The translations under genes and the position numbers were made by a program. A stretch of 63,557 bases of DNA, filler included, from Choristocarpus tenellus KU-1152 (taxonomy: Eukaryota; Protista; Phaeophyceae), in assembly GCA_964200185.2 (NCBI GenBank). It is 12 parts of 12 records of this genome, joined end to end, with 100 filler letters (N's around TTAATTAATTAA, not from the genome) between each part and the next. Parts side by side here need not be neighbours in the genome. Positions count along the whole stretch, not along the records: positions 38,125 to 41,431 come from CAXNAD020020905.1; positions 41,532 to 46,764 come from CAXNAD020011407.1; positions 46,865 to 52,635 come from CAXNAD020009791.1; 9 more parts are not named here. One strand, given 5' to 3'. The notes below the pieces were generated by a model, which was given only the letters and a program-made list of their open reading frames with translations, had not been told where the DNA came from and did no database searches. Position 1 is the stretch's first letter, and the number at the start of each line of letters is the position of its first letter. Shown here piece after piece: positions 39,229-52,563 of this stretch.

Positions 39229-41577
39229 TATCTTTGTAAAGTCCTAACTCAAGCAGATGAGATGACATACCCAACCCAACAAAAAAAGAAATGTCCAGAA
39301 TATTTTTCTCAAGGTATTCCGGACTCTTGAAGAAGTGCATCTTTGCAGAGTTTATTCATCTAGTCAACATGTATTCAGAAGATAGGATTGAGGCTGGATC
39401 ATGATCATGATTGAGATTGTCAAGATGCAGATGACATATTTGTCCCCAAGTTTAAAAAATATATTTTAGAGATTTATAACATGGCTAAAGCTCTCTCTCT
39501 CTCTCTCTCTCGTGAGGTCACTGGAAGATAAATTTGTTAGGTTTCAATACAGGAAACTAGAATATTTATCGACCTCCTATTTGAGACTGACTTTGAAAAG
39601 AAGATGAAACGGCACCTAAGGTGACACTTTTAATTTCTTGGGAATTTTCTTCTCATTCTCCAAAATATAAAGGCCCAAAGCTTCTTGTCCGACTCAGAGC
39701 TGCTCCGTAGCAACCCGTGGCCAGATTTTGTGCTGGACTCTTTGTTTCACACTGTGGATCCTGGTATCTGAGGTCCACGCAGTCAACTGCTGTCAATCCT
39801 ATATAAATACATTCTTGGAGATGGGTGATCAGGTCTCAGCAGTTCAACTCCTAATTGGTGAAATGTAATTTCGTGGAAATTGCTGTCAAAAACGCCTCAT
39901 TTACTCATACACGGAGTTTTGCTAATCCCAGATTTTGAACCATCTCATCAAGGACATCAGCATGATCGCTGTTTCATCTCCAAATTCCGAAATCTTGTTA
40001 TTGCCTTGCACTGAACGGTAAATATTTTGCTATATATATATAATATATATATATATGTGAACTATTCAATATGCTTGAACCATCTAGATGAAGTGTAACT
40101 GTCAGAAAAAATACATGGCACAAACAAAAAAATGAGAAAAATGAGCGGTTGATGAAGATAGGAGACATTCGTTGAAAACTTGGCATACATAATGTGTTGA
40201 GACTTTTTCATGAAGGGGTCAAAGTTTTGAAAACAGACTGCAGCAAACGCACGACAAGGATCATGACCAGTCCAACAACCCAGCAGGAAGATATTTGAGG
40301 TGCTGTATCAAATCAAAGATGCACTTCAAGTTGTATCACTCCCACCAAAGCAATTGACGTGAGCAATCTGAAAAAAAAAAAATCTTGCTTCTCTTCTTAG
40401 AGAAATGGTGACAAGTCCTCTTCTTTATTGCATGATCGATGATGTTCCCTCCCTTGCTAACATAATTGTCCTCTCTTCTTATTTAGTCAAGACTTTTCTG
40501 AATACACACACCTGTTGCTTGCTACATGGGATACCAAGGTATGTTAAAGAAAAATAAATTAATAATAATAATAATAATGGAAATAAAGAGTAATGACAAG
40601 AATGATGAAAGAGCTCTGCTCCAAGGTGTTGCTTCAGTTGCAACCAAACAATCTTAACAATTTGTACCCTCCTCCGTGTATTGCTGTGGAGAAGTGCTTC
40701 TTGTGAGGGGAGGACTGCTTCTGTCACATCTTGACAGCATATGCTTAGAGGTTGAGGTTGAAATCTACCTCATTTCAAAGCAATACCTCACAAGCACCAC
40801 TACCAACCTTCCCCAGTTTCGACTCATCTATAGCGCCTTTGTGCTGCTGGTTGGACTAGAAGGTGGGGTAAGGAAACTAACCCAGGTGCCTACATTGAGT
40901 CTCAATCGAATATTTTTGCGACCTGTGGTCATTAGGAAGGGCTACTTCTTCAAGAGAAATTGGAAGGAAAAGGGGTTAGACCAGGAAAAAAGGTAGTGAT
41001 TAATATATTTTTTGAAACATTTGGTTGTCATTGGTGTAGGAGCACACCGTAGACATTGGCTTTACCAATCGGTTTCATACCCTTACCTTCCGATTCTTGG
41101 CAAGTCTTTTCTCACATGCACATCTCACAAATATAACACCCCTTGAAGACACAGTCTTATGTAACAGTCACATCCAATACGGTTGCTACCTGGATACCTT
41201 CAAAGGAAGCGACTCTTCTCATCAAATCAGGTTAAGTGCCATGAGTGATTCTTGACCCAAAGCATTTAAGAGGGTAGGGTCACGTCCGTTTGGGTTCATA
41301 AATCCAATGTTGCGATCTTGAATATATTTGGATATCGCGACTCACAGTATCTGGGGGGAGGGGGGGGGGGGTGACGGCTGTCAATTTGGGACCCATTTTT
41401 CCATGACGCAATTATGTGCGATCTGGCTGCANNNNNNNNNNNNNNNNNNNNNNNNNNNNNNNNNNNNNNNNNNNNTTAATTAATTAANNNNNNNNNNNNN
41501 NNNNNNNNNNNNNNNNNNNNNNNNNNNNNNNCGCCAACCCCCCCCCCCCCCCCCGCGCGGGCTCTGTGGGAGAAGGA

Positions 41578-41612
<35 letters not shown>

Positions 41613-42539
41613 AAGGGAATTGCAGTGCCAAATCTGGTATTAGTGAGCAGTTCTTTAGTATCTGTCTTGCTGGTTTTGTAAACATTTCACTGCATGGGAG
41701 GTGTTGCCACTACACCCCCTTCCCCCCCCTTCCCTTGCAACTCGTTCCAATTTGTGAAGATAACTTGACCATGTGACCCTCACAACTTGCAAACATGTCT
41801 ACTGTGATACATGCAAGGCCAACTCTGTGTGCAAGGCAGGAGAAGAAAGATGGAGCAAGGGCACCAAAGGGCAAGCCCAGGAGGACAAGTGCAAGCAGTG
41901 ATTGGGGAGGGGGGAACAACAGGGTTGGGGGGGGCTGGGGCAGGGGGGGCAACGTCACTGCAGGCAGGGGCTGTGGTGGCTACACCTATGGCTGAACTTG
42001 AGTGTCGCTTGCCGCTCAACTCTTGTGACCATGATGAAGGAGGGATCGTGGACAAGAGGGAACGTAGGTTCAGCAGGTGCACCAGATATAATTAAATTAT
42101 TCCAGCCTATGGTTGCACGTGTGAAATGTAAATGATGGTGTGTGAGATAAATGCACCATGATTATGGTGTGTTCATTGAGCTAAGAACGAGAAGTGCTGT
42201 GCTTTAATAGAATATTTTGATACATGAGGTAGGAAGGGGAGAAAAAAAGACTAAAACTATTAGGCACCTTTCAAGGGTTGTGCGTAGGCTCGTTTCTAAC
42301 ATCATTCTTGCTTTTCCGCCTTGTGTTGGTTTTTGTTATGTATTTCCTCAGTGGAGGCGATGTTAGAAGATCAGAGATTTTTCGTTCTTGTTATATGTAC
42401 TTTTTTTAGCTTCTTATTGGGAGTGAGAATTTGATTTGGTCTCCTTCCTAAGCTTTTCTTGTTCTCATAGTACCTTCCCTGTACCTCTTTTACCATCTCT
42501 GTATCTTCCCCCTCCCCTGCTCCTGCTTTTAATTCAGGC

Positions 42540-43824
42540 GCCTTCGTGGGCAAGAGGCCCTTGCATCTCTGTCACTGTTCCATCGACAGTGTTCCCCGCA
42601 TCGGTCCTCCTCTTGCCCCTCTACTTCACTCTCCCCAGTCCAATTGGACTCTTCGCAGGCTATCCCCGCCCTTGCCCAATCACCTCCCCACCAGTTGTTG
42701 CCCCTCAGCCCTGGGGCACAGCCCCTTAGTCCTGGAGCACAGCATGCTGTTATTTGTTCACCTCGATCATCTGGTGCTTGTTGTCATGGTCAAATTGGAC
42801 TTGGGGCGTTGGGAGATAAGGAGAATGAGACAGGAGTTCAAGATTGGCGTGAAGGAATGGGAGGCGATTATAGTGGAGGAGAAGTGTGTGGTGTTACGAT
42901 GTTGTCAACTGCCACAGTAATCCCAAAGGAGGGCGTGTTCTCCTTGGATAACAATGATCCAGCCGTGAGCAGTGAAGGTTGCAGTTATTCTAGTAAAATA
43001 CAGGTGGGAATCTGGGCATTACTTGTGCATATGCCACATATATATTTTTCCTATGTAATATTTTGTGTGTTTATTGTTTACTGTTTGTATTCTTTGTGCC
43101 GTCTCAGGACAAGAGTTGAGAGTAGAGTGATCTACTTTGCTGTGCTGGACAAACAGGAATGTTGTTCATCCTCACGTGGCAAGTTCTCTCTTTTAGATTC
43201 TCAGTCGCCCTTCCCTCCCCCCAAGATGGTATGGCATTGTGCCACTTACTGCTCCATGATTCTGTCTTCTACTCCAACCCTCACCTTTTAAGGCCTTATC
43301 TACAGCATATGCTGTTATTAAACATTAAGTTTTTCAGAAAGGATACTTACCTCTACAAGTGTAATCTGGAGGACCCGGTCAATCATATTCCCGTTGATTT
43401 CCCATTTTTCCACTCCCCCGCTTTCATGTCACTCCAGACCAATCCTTTGACATGCACCGTGCTCTGTTCTACCCAGCATGATAGGACTCAACTCTTCAGC
43501 AATCAGACATCCCCTCCCCGGGGCAGAACTAGAGCAGCTACGGCAGCTGGAGGAAGAGAGGCAGAGAGGGTGGGGGAGGGTGGAGGGGGCCGGAGGCGAC
43601 TGACCCCTCGTCCAGCAAACTTGGCGCATGCTCAATTGAGCAGGGGAGGCAGGGGAGGAGTAAAAGAGAAGACTGCTCGACTCGTTGCGACAGCCACACC
43701 AGCAACGAGGGTTCTGCCATGCAGGGTGATTACTTCTCCCCCACCTGTAGGTCGCCGGTCTGGTCGTCGGGTGGCCCGCCCTTGTTCTTATCAAGAGCCA
43801 GCGCTCAACTTCAAGATGCGTCAG
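42540..43824 (+). CDS. Exon-like low-complexity coding segments of an unidentified gene
   Basis: Long open frames (215 and 222 aa); donors CAG|GTGGG (~43003) and GTGAGT (~43825). Confidence 0.35.
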
Positions 43825-46800
43825 TGAGTGCCTGTTTCTGCATTGCTTATATCCTAATAATGGTTCAGTGTCATGGTCAGGGTCAGGGTTAGGGTTAGGA
43901 GTAGGGTGCATCTGGGAGGAGAGGTGGGTTGCTTTCTTGTTTGGTGTGTGAGCATATTGAGGCAAGTGGGTTCTATTTCTGGCCGTTTTGTCAGTATGCT
44001 TGCCACTGGTGTTGTTTAGATTTCGGATGCAGTCAGTAGGGTGTCTGTTGGGTACAGTTGTAACACGTGTGAGACAGGTGCAACAACAGGGATGAAATTT
44101 GTTCTCATTTTGTAATTTTTGAACTGTCTACGCTCCGAAGGGCTGTGTCGTCTCTGGTATGGGACAGGCGTTATTGGCACGTTTTTGGCACATTTTCACC
44201 CTGTTTATGAACAATGGCTCCTACTTTTGTCACTGTTTACTGTGTTCGATGTGTCATATTTATACATGTATGAGTTGAGAATACCCTGACAATTAGTGTC
44301 TACTCTGCCTTTCTAGTAGTTTTTCAGTAGCAAACTGATTACAGATGCCATTATTGCGCAGCATTGGTCAAGAATATATTTTACGATTACTTCAGGACAG
44401 ATGCAGGTCTCAATTTTGGGGGGTGAGAGGTATAGATAAGTCCGATTTTTTGTCCGTCGGCCTTGAGTGGTTGGTCTGAGTTTTGGTTTGAAAAACATGA
44501 ATGTTTTGCACCCATGAATGCCAGTGTTTGAAGTAAGGCCATTCAACCCGATGGATGGCTGATTTATCCGGAAAATTCATGATCTCAACCGTCTATGAAA
44601 TGGGCAGTTGGTGGAGCGGTATACTATTACAACATGTACAGCTGGCTGCTCGACTGTTTTCATTTATTGTCAACGGTTTAGCACGTAGTGGTACCTTACC
44701 CCTGACTAAACCAAAACCTTCTATCTATAAAAAGGTGATGGACGCGTTGCTGTTTGCTGCTTCTAAGTTAGCTGTTTCAAGATTATAGGGTAGTGAAGCT
44801 GTGGGTTTAGTGCATCCTATTGACTGAATTGGAAGCAGATAATATTCCAGTGGTGGGTATGTTGCTTTTTGTGCAATGTTCTCTGCCCCTCATTCTTCTT
44901 CATACTAGTACTACATTAATTTTCATTGCTGATTTTTTGTAGTAGTGTGAATCAAAGAAAACTTTTGATGTACTCGGTTCTAATGGAAACTTACATGCAG
45001 TACACAAATGGAGGTGCACTAATTTCCGAGCTCTGCAGGCAATTCATGCAACACACATTCATAGAAAAGCAACAAATCAAAAATCCCCCCTTCATTTTCG
45101 GATTCGTTTAATCAGGGTTTTTAATCAAATTGCTGCAGTTCACAAGACTGTGATCTTTTTCATGACTCTGTCTTGTCCCTGTCTTTCATTACCTAGGGGT
45201 GTGGAACTCTTCCCGAAGGTAAATACCTGGGTGGGGGAGGGTGAGGGGGGCAGTGTTAAGGAGATGAAGCAGGTCGGGTAAGGGAGCAAGCCGCAGAGAT
45301 CTTTATGAACAGAGGAGAGCCATGGTTAAAGGTTTTTGCCTTGTTGTGTCTGGTTTGATTGATAGTTCTGGTGATGGTGTAATTGTAGTCAGAGAGATGC
45401 AGGAGCAATGCAATGGGGCATTTGCATTTGCATTCAATCGCATTAGGCTCTCTTGGGGAAGGACCAGAATGGACACGTACATCTCTATTGCTTGTCCTAA
45501 GGGTCAACGAGAGAGGAGAACGCAAGGTGTGTTCGGATGTCTTATCCCTGTCTCGACCTAATCCAACTGGAACTCTTTGAATGATAGAATACATTCTACC
45601 AGGTGTGTGGGACACTAGTCACACCTGAAGGTTGTGTCTTCTTACTGGTTATGTAGACTTGAAGAGGGGGTAGAACTCTGTACTCTGCTGTGGAAGTAGA
45701 TCAGGTTGCTATCTTGTTTCGTTTTGGTACGAAGTTAGCAATTAGAACATAGGGTTAGGGCTAGGGTTTGGACAACGGCTTAGGCACCGTCTTGGGGTTG
45801 AGCTTTGCTTCAAATGTAATTATTATAGTCTCATAGCTTTTCTTTCACTGCAGAGAAGTACATTTTTTGTGCTCACAACAATGGGTATGGAGTGGTTGCC
45901 CGAATAGTAGAGGTAGAAGGACCATTTTTTGTGGTTCGTTTTTTGCTCTGTGCCTCCTTGCGATGAGGAGGGGATTGCTGCATTGTTTGGTTTGCTCACT
46001 GTAGTTGTTATCCCCTCTGGTTAGTTCATGTTTTCTATTTTGTTTGTGGCCTAGTGAGTGAATACTAAACTCTAAGGATGTCCCCACAACCTATTCCAGC
46101 CTTCCCCTTTTGATACAAAAACGACGTGCCAATCCCAACCCCCTTTCCAGTTCTGAAAAGAGGGTAAGCCTTGGATTGCCTGTGGGCAGGAACCTCCTGT
46201 TTGTACACCAAGACAGCATGTTGGATTTTCATCTGAGCACTACTGCAAACTCAATGTTCATTGATCAGGAGGAACCAGCAGTTGTTTTTTTTGCAAATTA
46301 CCTCGAGTTGTGCAAATGGGCTTGACTTTCAGGACTGGTTGGTGACCATTCTTCTTCACCAATTGCTTTTTCGAATCATAATACCTCCATATCAGAAGTT
46401 GGGATGGAGAGTTGTTCTAGCATGCAATGAAATGTTTCAAGGAATATCATGAATGCCACTGTATTCAATGAAAGAGCCCTGGATATATGGAACAGTTTAA
46501 TGTGTTAAGGTGTAATTTCCGAGCTGTAGAGGTGAGGTATGTACATTCGAAGTGATTTAGCTGAAAATGAACAGTAAGAAAACCTTTCCCAAGTGCTTCA
46601 CAGCCACCATGTCATTGCCATTCCCAACTTGAACCCCAAGGACCAACATCAATTTTCGAAGTGGAATCATTCAGCGTTTTCTGATGTATATTGTGATGGC
46701 GGTTTCGCATATGACTCAGACCCAAAGTATCTGGGAGGGGGGGGGGTCTACAGCATTGTGTCCANNNNNNNNNNNNNNNNNNNNNNNNNNNNNNNNNNNN

Positions 46801-46937
46801 NNNNNNNNTTAATTAATTAANNNNNNNNNNNNNNNNNNNNNNNNNNNNNNNNNNNNNNNNNNNNCTGTCTCGTGTGCCGTCGTCGCCTTCCTCCATCACC
46901 TCCACAACCCCATCCCCTCCTTCTATTCTTTTTGTTT

Positions 46938-47880
46938 TCTTTAGGGCTAATAATGGCATATATATAGTTTTCATTGGTCTCTCCCCTGACACATCTGTAA
47001 AATGTCTGAGGGCATAATAATAAAAATATAATAATATATATAAAGATATTTTTTAAGCGCTTGCAAGCGTAAAAAATGGGTACAAAGAAATCCCTAATTT
47101 TATTAATTTATTATTATACCTTCTGATATTTTGCAGATGTGTCAGCGGGAAAACCAATTAAAACTATTTTCGAAAATATCAACCTCCCAAAACATTAAGT
47201 TCTATTAATATCAAGTTATTATGTGTTAGGCAGGGTCCAATCAGTCGTGGGGGGTGTTCAGAATCACCAGTTGTGTCATGGTGGGGTGCTTCCCCAAGCT
47301 CTATCAGTTATCAAATCTTAGGGAAAGTTTTGATGGGACCTCAGATCCGATGGATGATATCACACCTTTGTGAATATTCAACCGAAAGTGGTTTGTGTTT
47401 ATGATATTGTTGGGAACGTCACCAATGACAAAGAAATGTGCGCGCGCAATACACTTGTATGTGCTCGCAGATGTGTATTTGGACTGAGATCAGCTCCCAA
47501 AGGGACCCGTCCGTCACAATTAAAAGCAATGTAAGAAAATAAATGCCTTGTCAGATAAGATTGTAGAAATCATAATCCATTCCCCTCTATGAGCACAAAA
47601 GTTTAGACCAGAACATTTTTTTAATTACAGAATTATTCTGATAACATAAACAAAGTAATTAAACCTTTAGCTTTAACCGGTAGCAAAGTTGATAAAAAAA
47701 AATGGTTTGATATTAAAACAATTCATCAAGAAATATGTAGCAAAATTTAAAATAAAAAATATCAATAGGCCAAGTCAGCTATATATATTTTTATTATTAT
47801 GCCCTCTGACATTTTGCAGATTTGTCAGGGGGGAAACCAATGAAAACTGTATATATGTCGTTATTAGCCCTAAAGAAATA
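46938..47880. mobile_element. Element bounded by ~90-bp inverted repeats (repeat C); other C copies at 3040-3085, 33110-33200, 47110-47170, 55625-55715
   Basis: TTAGGGCTAATAA..CCCCTGACACATCTG..GAGGGCATAATAATAAAA at left and its reverse complement at right; no clear TSD. Confidence 0.6.
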
Positions 47881-48098
47881 AAATATCCTAAACGTAAGAA
47901 CACTTTAAAACATTGTGAGTTTGGAAACCACTAATCTAACAGTTACTTCCCCGATATAAAATTTTGTACTACTGTCGTCCTTTGCTTCCCATCTACCTAC
48001 TACTGTGTGTCCCATCAAGCTGTGCACTAATTGGTTACAAACCAAATAGTACACGGTACAACTTAATTCACTAAAATCTTATCTAAACGATACCTTCA

Positions 48099-48241
48099 TT
48101 ATTTTGCTTTAGGTAGAGCACCATTTTTAGCAAGTATCAACTGATATTCTCTTCCTAATAATCTAGCCGCAAATATCCATAATATTACAATAGAAAGAAA
48201 GATAAATGCAAAAAATGGAGTAGCTTCAACAAAAGTATGGC
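48099..48241 (-). pseudogene. tlc: Fragment of bacterial ADP/ATP translocase (Tlc/Npt), last TM helix and C-terminus, Rickettsiales-like
   Basis: [38 protein letters not shown] resembles the Rickettsia Tlc1 C-terminus as I recall it; AT-rich, no intron. Confidence 0.75.
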
Positions 48242-48492
48242 ACTGTTGCATGTGTATTTGCTCAAATGGACGATGAATCAAGAAGAGCAGCTTATAGTTG
48301 TGATATTACGTATGTAACCAATAACGAGCTCGGATTTGATTTTCTTAGAGATACATGAAATTTACTAAAGAAGAATCTAGGGTACAATTACCTTTTATTT
48401 ATGCTGTAATAGACGAGGTTGATTCAATTTTAAATGATGAAGCGAGAACTCCGTTAATTATACCTGGTCTTGTTAACGATACCACGGAATAG
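48242..48492 (+). pseudogene. secA: Fragment of bacterial preprotein translocase SecA (DEAD motor region), frameshifted
   Basis: [82 protein letters not shown]. Confidence 0.93.
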
Positions 48493-48619
48493 GAAACCAA
48501 CGGGGTCGCAAGGGGCTGGTCAGAAGAAGGAATACATGGGAAAGGAAAGGAGTGGAGACTAAGGGAATGGCAAACAAGGAATAAGCTAATAATAATAATC
48601 CAGAATTCGTGAGCAAAAC

Positions 48620-51600
48620 AAGCACGGGGATGGAGTTGGTCATACATTATCATGGAAATAACTGTTGAACAAAGAGTTGTCCTCCTGAAAAAGAAAAAAG
48701 AAAAAAAAAGAAAGATTAAATAAATTAAAAACAAGTGTGCAAGAGTCATTTTGAAAAACATGAACTCGGGTCTTCTCTGTTCATACATGGGTGCACATAT
48801 ACAAAAAAAAACAAATATCATAAGTTGATATTGGCCAAACAAACATCCATGTGACAAATATATATACATATATATATAATATGTAACAACACAACCACAA
48901 ATCATTGACACCCAAAAATATATTTCGCAACACCAATATATATATATATAAATATATTACCTCCAGAATAAAATTCAATCAAGTATGGAAACTTTTTTTT
49001 TTATGGATCAGAGTTGATATTAACCGAAGGTTTTGTGTTGGAATTAGGTGTATCCAGACAATGTTGTTGCCTATATGCAGTAATATTTTCTGCACATTGT
49101 GGAAAATCACGTGGACATAGAAGAATACCTCAGAAGCACGGTCATAGCTTTTAAGGCGTAATCTATATTCTATGTTCATAGGTGAACGAGGTCAACGGCC
49201 AAACTTGTGTCCCACAATAGCTTCAATAATGTAAGGACCAATGGTTACTGGGGATTCTAAATCATCAAGATCCGGTAAGAGCAAAGTTCAACCAAGAAAA
49301 AGTTCTTTGAGTTTAATTAAATCAGGTTCAGATAGTTGTTTGGAATGTAAGGTTTCAAGTGGGCTAAGTGAACAGAAATATCTTTGATGTCACCTTATTT
49401 GCGGACGCGGTAAACTACAGGGGAAATCTTAGCAGTCACTGAGATAGGTTCATGCTAAGGATGGATCAATTTTGGATTAGGTCCGTCAAGGTCAGTGTGT
49501 GGACGGCGCACCAAAACTTGAGCTCCAACTTGAAAAACAGGGAAAACAAGAGCTTCATTGCTAGCATTTTTTTTTGCATTCTGTTCTCCCAGATTGCGAC
49601 GGGCTAATTCAAAAGCTAACTGTGAGTTCTCAGCTGTTGATTGAGTAAGCTCTTGACTAGAATGTGCAACTATTGTTTTAGAGAGACCAAAAATGACATC
49701 TATCGGTAAAATTGGCCGGCGTCCAAAAAGCAGGGAAAAAGTTGTTTCTTGTAATGTGGTATTGTATGCCGTATTGTGAGCCAAGTGAAGGAATGGAATA
49801 ACAGTCGCCCAATTATTCTCTGCTATGTTACTGTACATGGATAACATTTGATACGGAGTACAATGAACACGCTCTAAAACAGAGCTGCCCTGTGGTCTGT
49901 AGGGTGTGGTACGAGTTTTATGATACCCAAACACTGTCTGCAATTCCAGAACAAGTTTATTTTCAAATTCCAAAACTTGGTCAGAGTGGACGATTTCGGG
50001 TGCCCCAAACATTGAAAATATCCTTTCAAACAAAGCTTTGGCAATGGTCACTTCTTGTTTGTCTGGAATGGGAATGAGAAAAGCAAAGCGTGTCAACTGA
50101 CAAGAGCCGACAGAACATACCAGCAACCACGAGAAATGGTTTTATATTGTGCAAGATCAACAGCAATCCATTCGAATGGTCGAGTGGCAGGAATTTGTCC
50201 TTGAGTCAATGTAGGACGTCTGTGAGAAGTTTTTCGTCTTTGGCAAAGTTGAAATATGGGCCACCAATACCGGTCTGGTACCTTGTCAAGAGTATGAGAA
50301 AGACCGAAGTGACCTCCTGAAGCAGGATGATCATGGCAAACATGTAATACCAAAGATTGCAATTCTTTTGGAACCACTAAATAACCACGAAAAGCACGGT
50401 GTTTGCGTGTATGCCCTGGAAAATATCATCGGCAAGTTAGTGTTAGCATCAACATAAAAATATGACATGCTATACCTCGATTCGCGGGGAGGTAAAGACA
50501 CTGAATCAGGGGCTTGTAAGTACGCAAAGTAAAGAGAAAATTGGTTCATTTGTGCTTCACGAAATTTTCATGCGGTCCAAAGTTGGAAAGATGTTCACTG
50601 AACTACTAAAAACTTCATAGTCTCTCTGAATTATATCTTATTCATGAAGGCGATCTGGATATATTTCGTATGCTTGAAGTGGGGTTACCGCACTTGACAT
50701 TGTTTTTTCTGGAATACTCCTGCAAATAGGAGCAATTACTTTGGGCATTCGATCAATCTCAGTATCAAAGAGGCGAGAAAGGGCATCAGATACAGCATTG
50801 TCTCTGCCTGGTTTATGATGGACTGTGAAGTCAAAATATTGAAGAGCAAGAGCCCAACGTATCAACATGTTATATGTCTTGCATATAATACAGATATCTG
50901 AGTGCCGCATGGTCAGTGAATAAATCAAAATGTCGACCCCAAAGATATGGACGGCAGTAGTTAATGGCATGGACCACTGCTAAACATTTTTTATATGTGG
51001 CTGAATAATTTCGTTGTGCTCCATCAAATATCTTGCTAAAGTAAGCCACAATATGAAGTGAGGTGTTCGTTGGATCATCAGACGCTTTTGGGGCAAGAAA
51101 ACCACCACTGCCTACATTGGAAGCATCCACATGTACCACAAAAGATTTTGAGAAATCAGGATAATGCAAAAGGGGTGCCGATATTAATGCCATTATAATT
51201 TTGGTCAATGCGGTATCGTGAACTGATGCCCATGCTTTTCCTATTTCACCAGAAGGATGCGCTACGAACTCCTTACGTGTGAATTTTAGAAGGGGTTCTG
51301 TCAGGTCTGTATAATATGGGATGAACAAAAATTGCACATACAAAAATAGAACGAATGTCTTTTATTGTTCGAGGAGTGGGTAGGTCAACAATAGCTTGAA
51401 TTCGAGCTTTTCCAAGACGTACCCCTGCACTAGAAACAATATGACCAAGGTATTCAACTTCTGCTGGAGGAACCTTCAATTTAGAAAGTTTTAAAGGAAG
51501 GCCAGCATTTTGAAGGGCCAAAAAAGCTTTTCAATCAAAGTTATATGATGCTTCCAAGTGGCAGAACAAAGAATAATCATTGCAGAATCTTGGGGTCCCA

Positions 51601-52563
51601 TCTGCTTTAGCAACGATAGTAACAGGGGAACCCCATGGGCTAGAACGAGCCTCAATTAGTCCTTGGTTTTGTAAATGTTAAAAACATTTATCAATAATAC
51701 CTCTAACATGTGGATTGGTTCGATATGGTGCTCGACTAATAGGTCTGGTATCTGGTTCGAGAGGGAAATCGGCTTCAGTAATGGTGCAAATTCCCAATTC
51801 AGAGGTGTCGAGGAACACATTGAGCGGAATTTGGAACAAAGATTCAGTGTTTCTTGTATTTGAGGTGAAGAGAAAGTACTGTTGGCAAAGGCAGGTTTCA
51901 ATGCATTATCAAGACGAGTTCATTTAGACCCAGATAGAGATATTGCAGACGCAGTGTGAGAGTGTTTCGTATTAACTATATTTGCAGGGTGTAGATGTAA
52001 CCAAGTAGAGTATTCTTTGGTAAATGAACTGCCTGTGAGGATATATTAGCAATTTGTACTACCCCTGACCCGTCATCAGAATCCCACGTTGAATCTGTTC
52101 AGGCAACAGCAATATATTGCCAAGGATCATTAATATTTAATTAATCTATATCATGAAATAAACAGATACGTGGTTCTAAAACAGTATCTCAAGTATCAGA
52201 GGGGGTTTCGTCACTTCCAACAGATACATGCGTTTCTGATTCTGGGTGAATGGAATTATTTTCCCTCAAGCGAATTGGGACAGATGGAACTTTCGCTTGT
52301 ATAGCTGCTATTTGAACAGGGGATGACATATCAAAAGAAGGGGTAGTACGACGAATGACAGGTATTACAGTTGCAATTTTTGGAGTGATAACATTAGGGT
52401 TAGGGTTAGCGTTAGGGTTCTTTGAGCTTTCCAGTAATATGTTGCTCCAAAAGCATCAAGAACAACGTTTTCAAGAAGAACATCATCAGATTCTAAAGTG
52501 GGCAACACTAAAGCTTCAACTGGGATAGTAATATCACCCAATTGAAGAGAAAACCTGATAAAC
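48620..52563 (-). mobile_element. Gypsy (chromovirus-type) LTR retrotransposon relic: RT (core deleted), RNase H, integrase, chromodomain
   Basis: VEYLGHIVS, VHVDAS..QRNYSAT..LFTDHAAL, HDHPASGGHFG, TTPYRPQGSSVLER, YIIEAIVGHK. Confidence 0.93.

Noticed and set aside
48242-48492. Plastid-derived secA (NUPT)
   Set aside because: Not excluded without a phylogeny, but DNMKF and G.VND look alphaproteobacterial, and the adjoining tlc gene is not plastid-encoded.
48099-48492. Simple bacterial contamination
   Set aside because: Fragments are frameshifted, mutated at conserved sites, fused out of context and flanked by host repeats within one contig.
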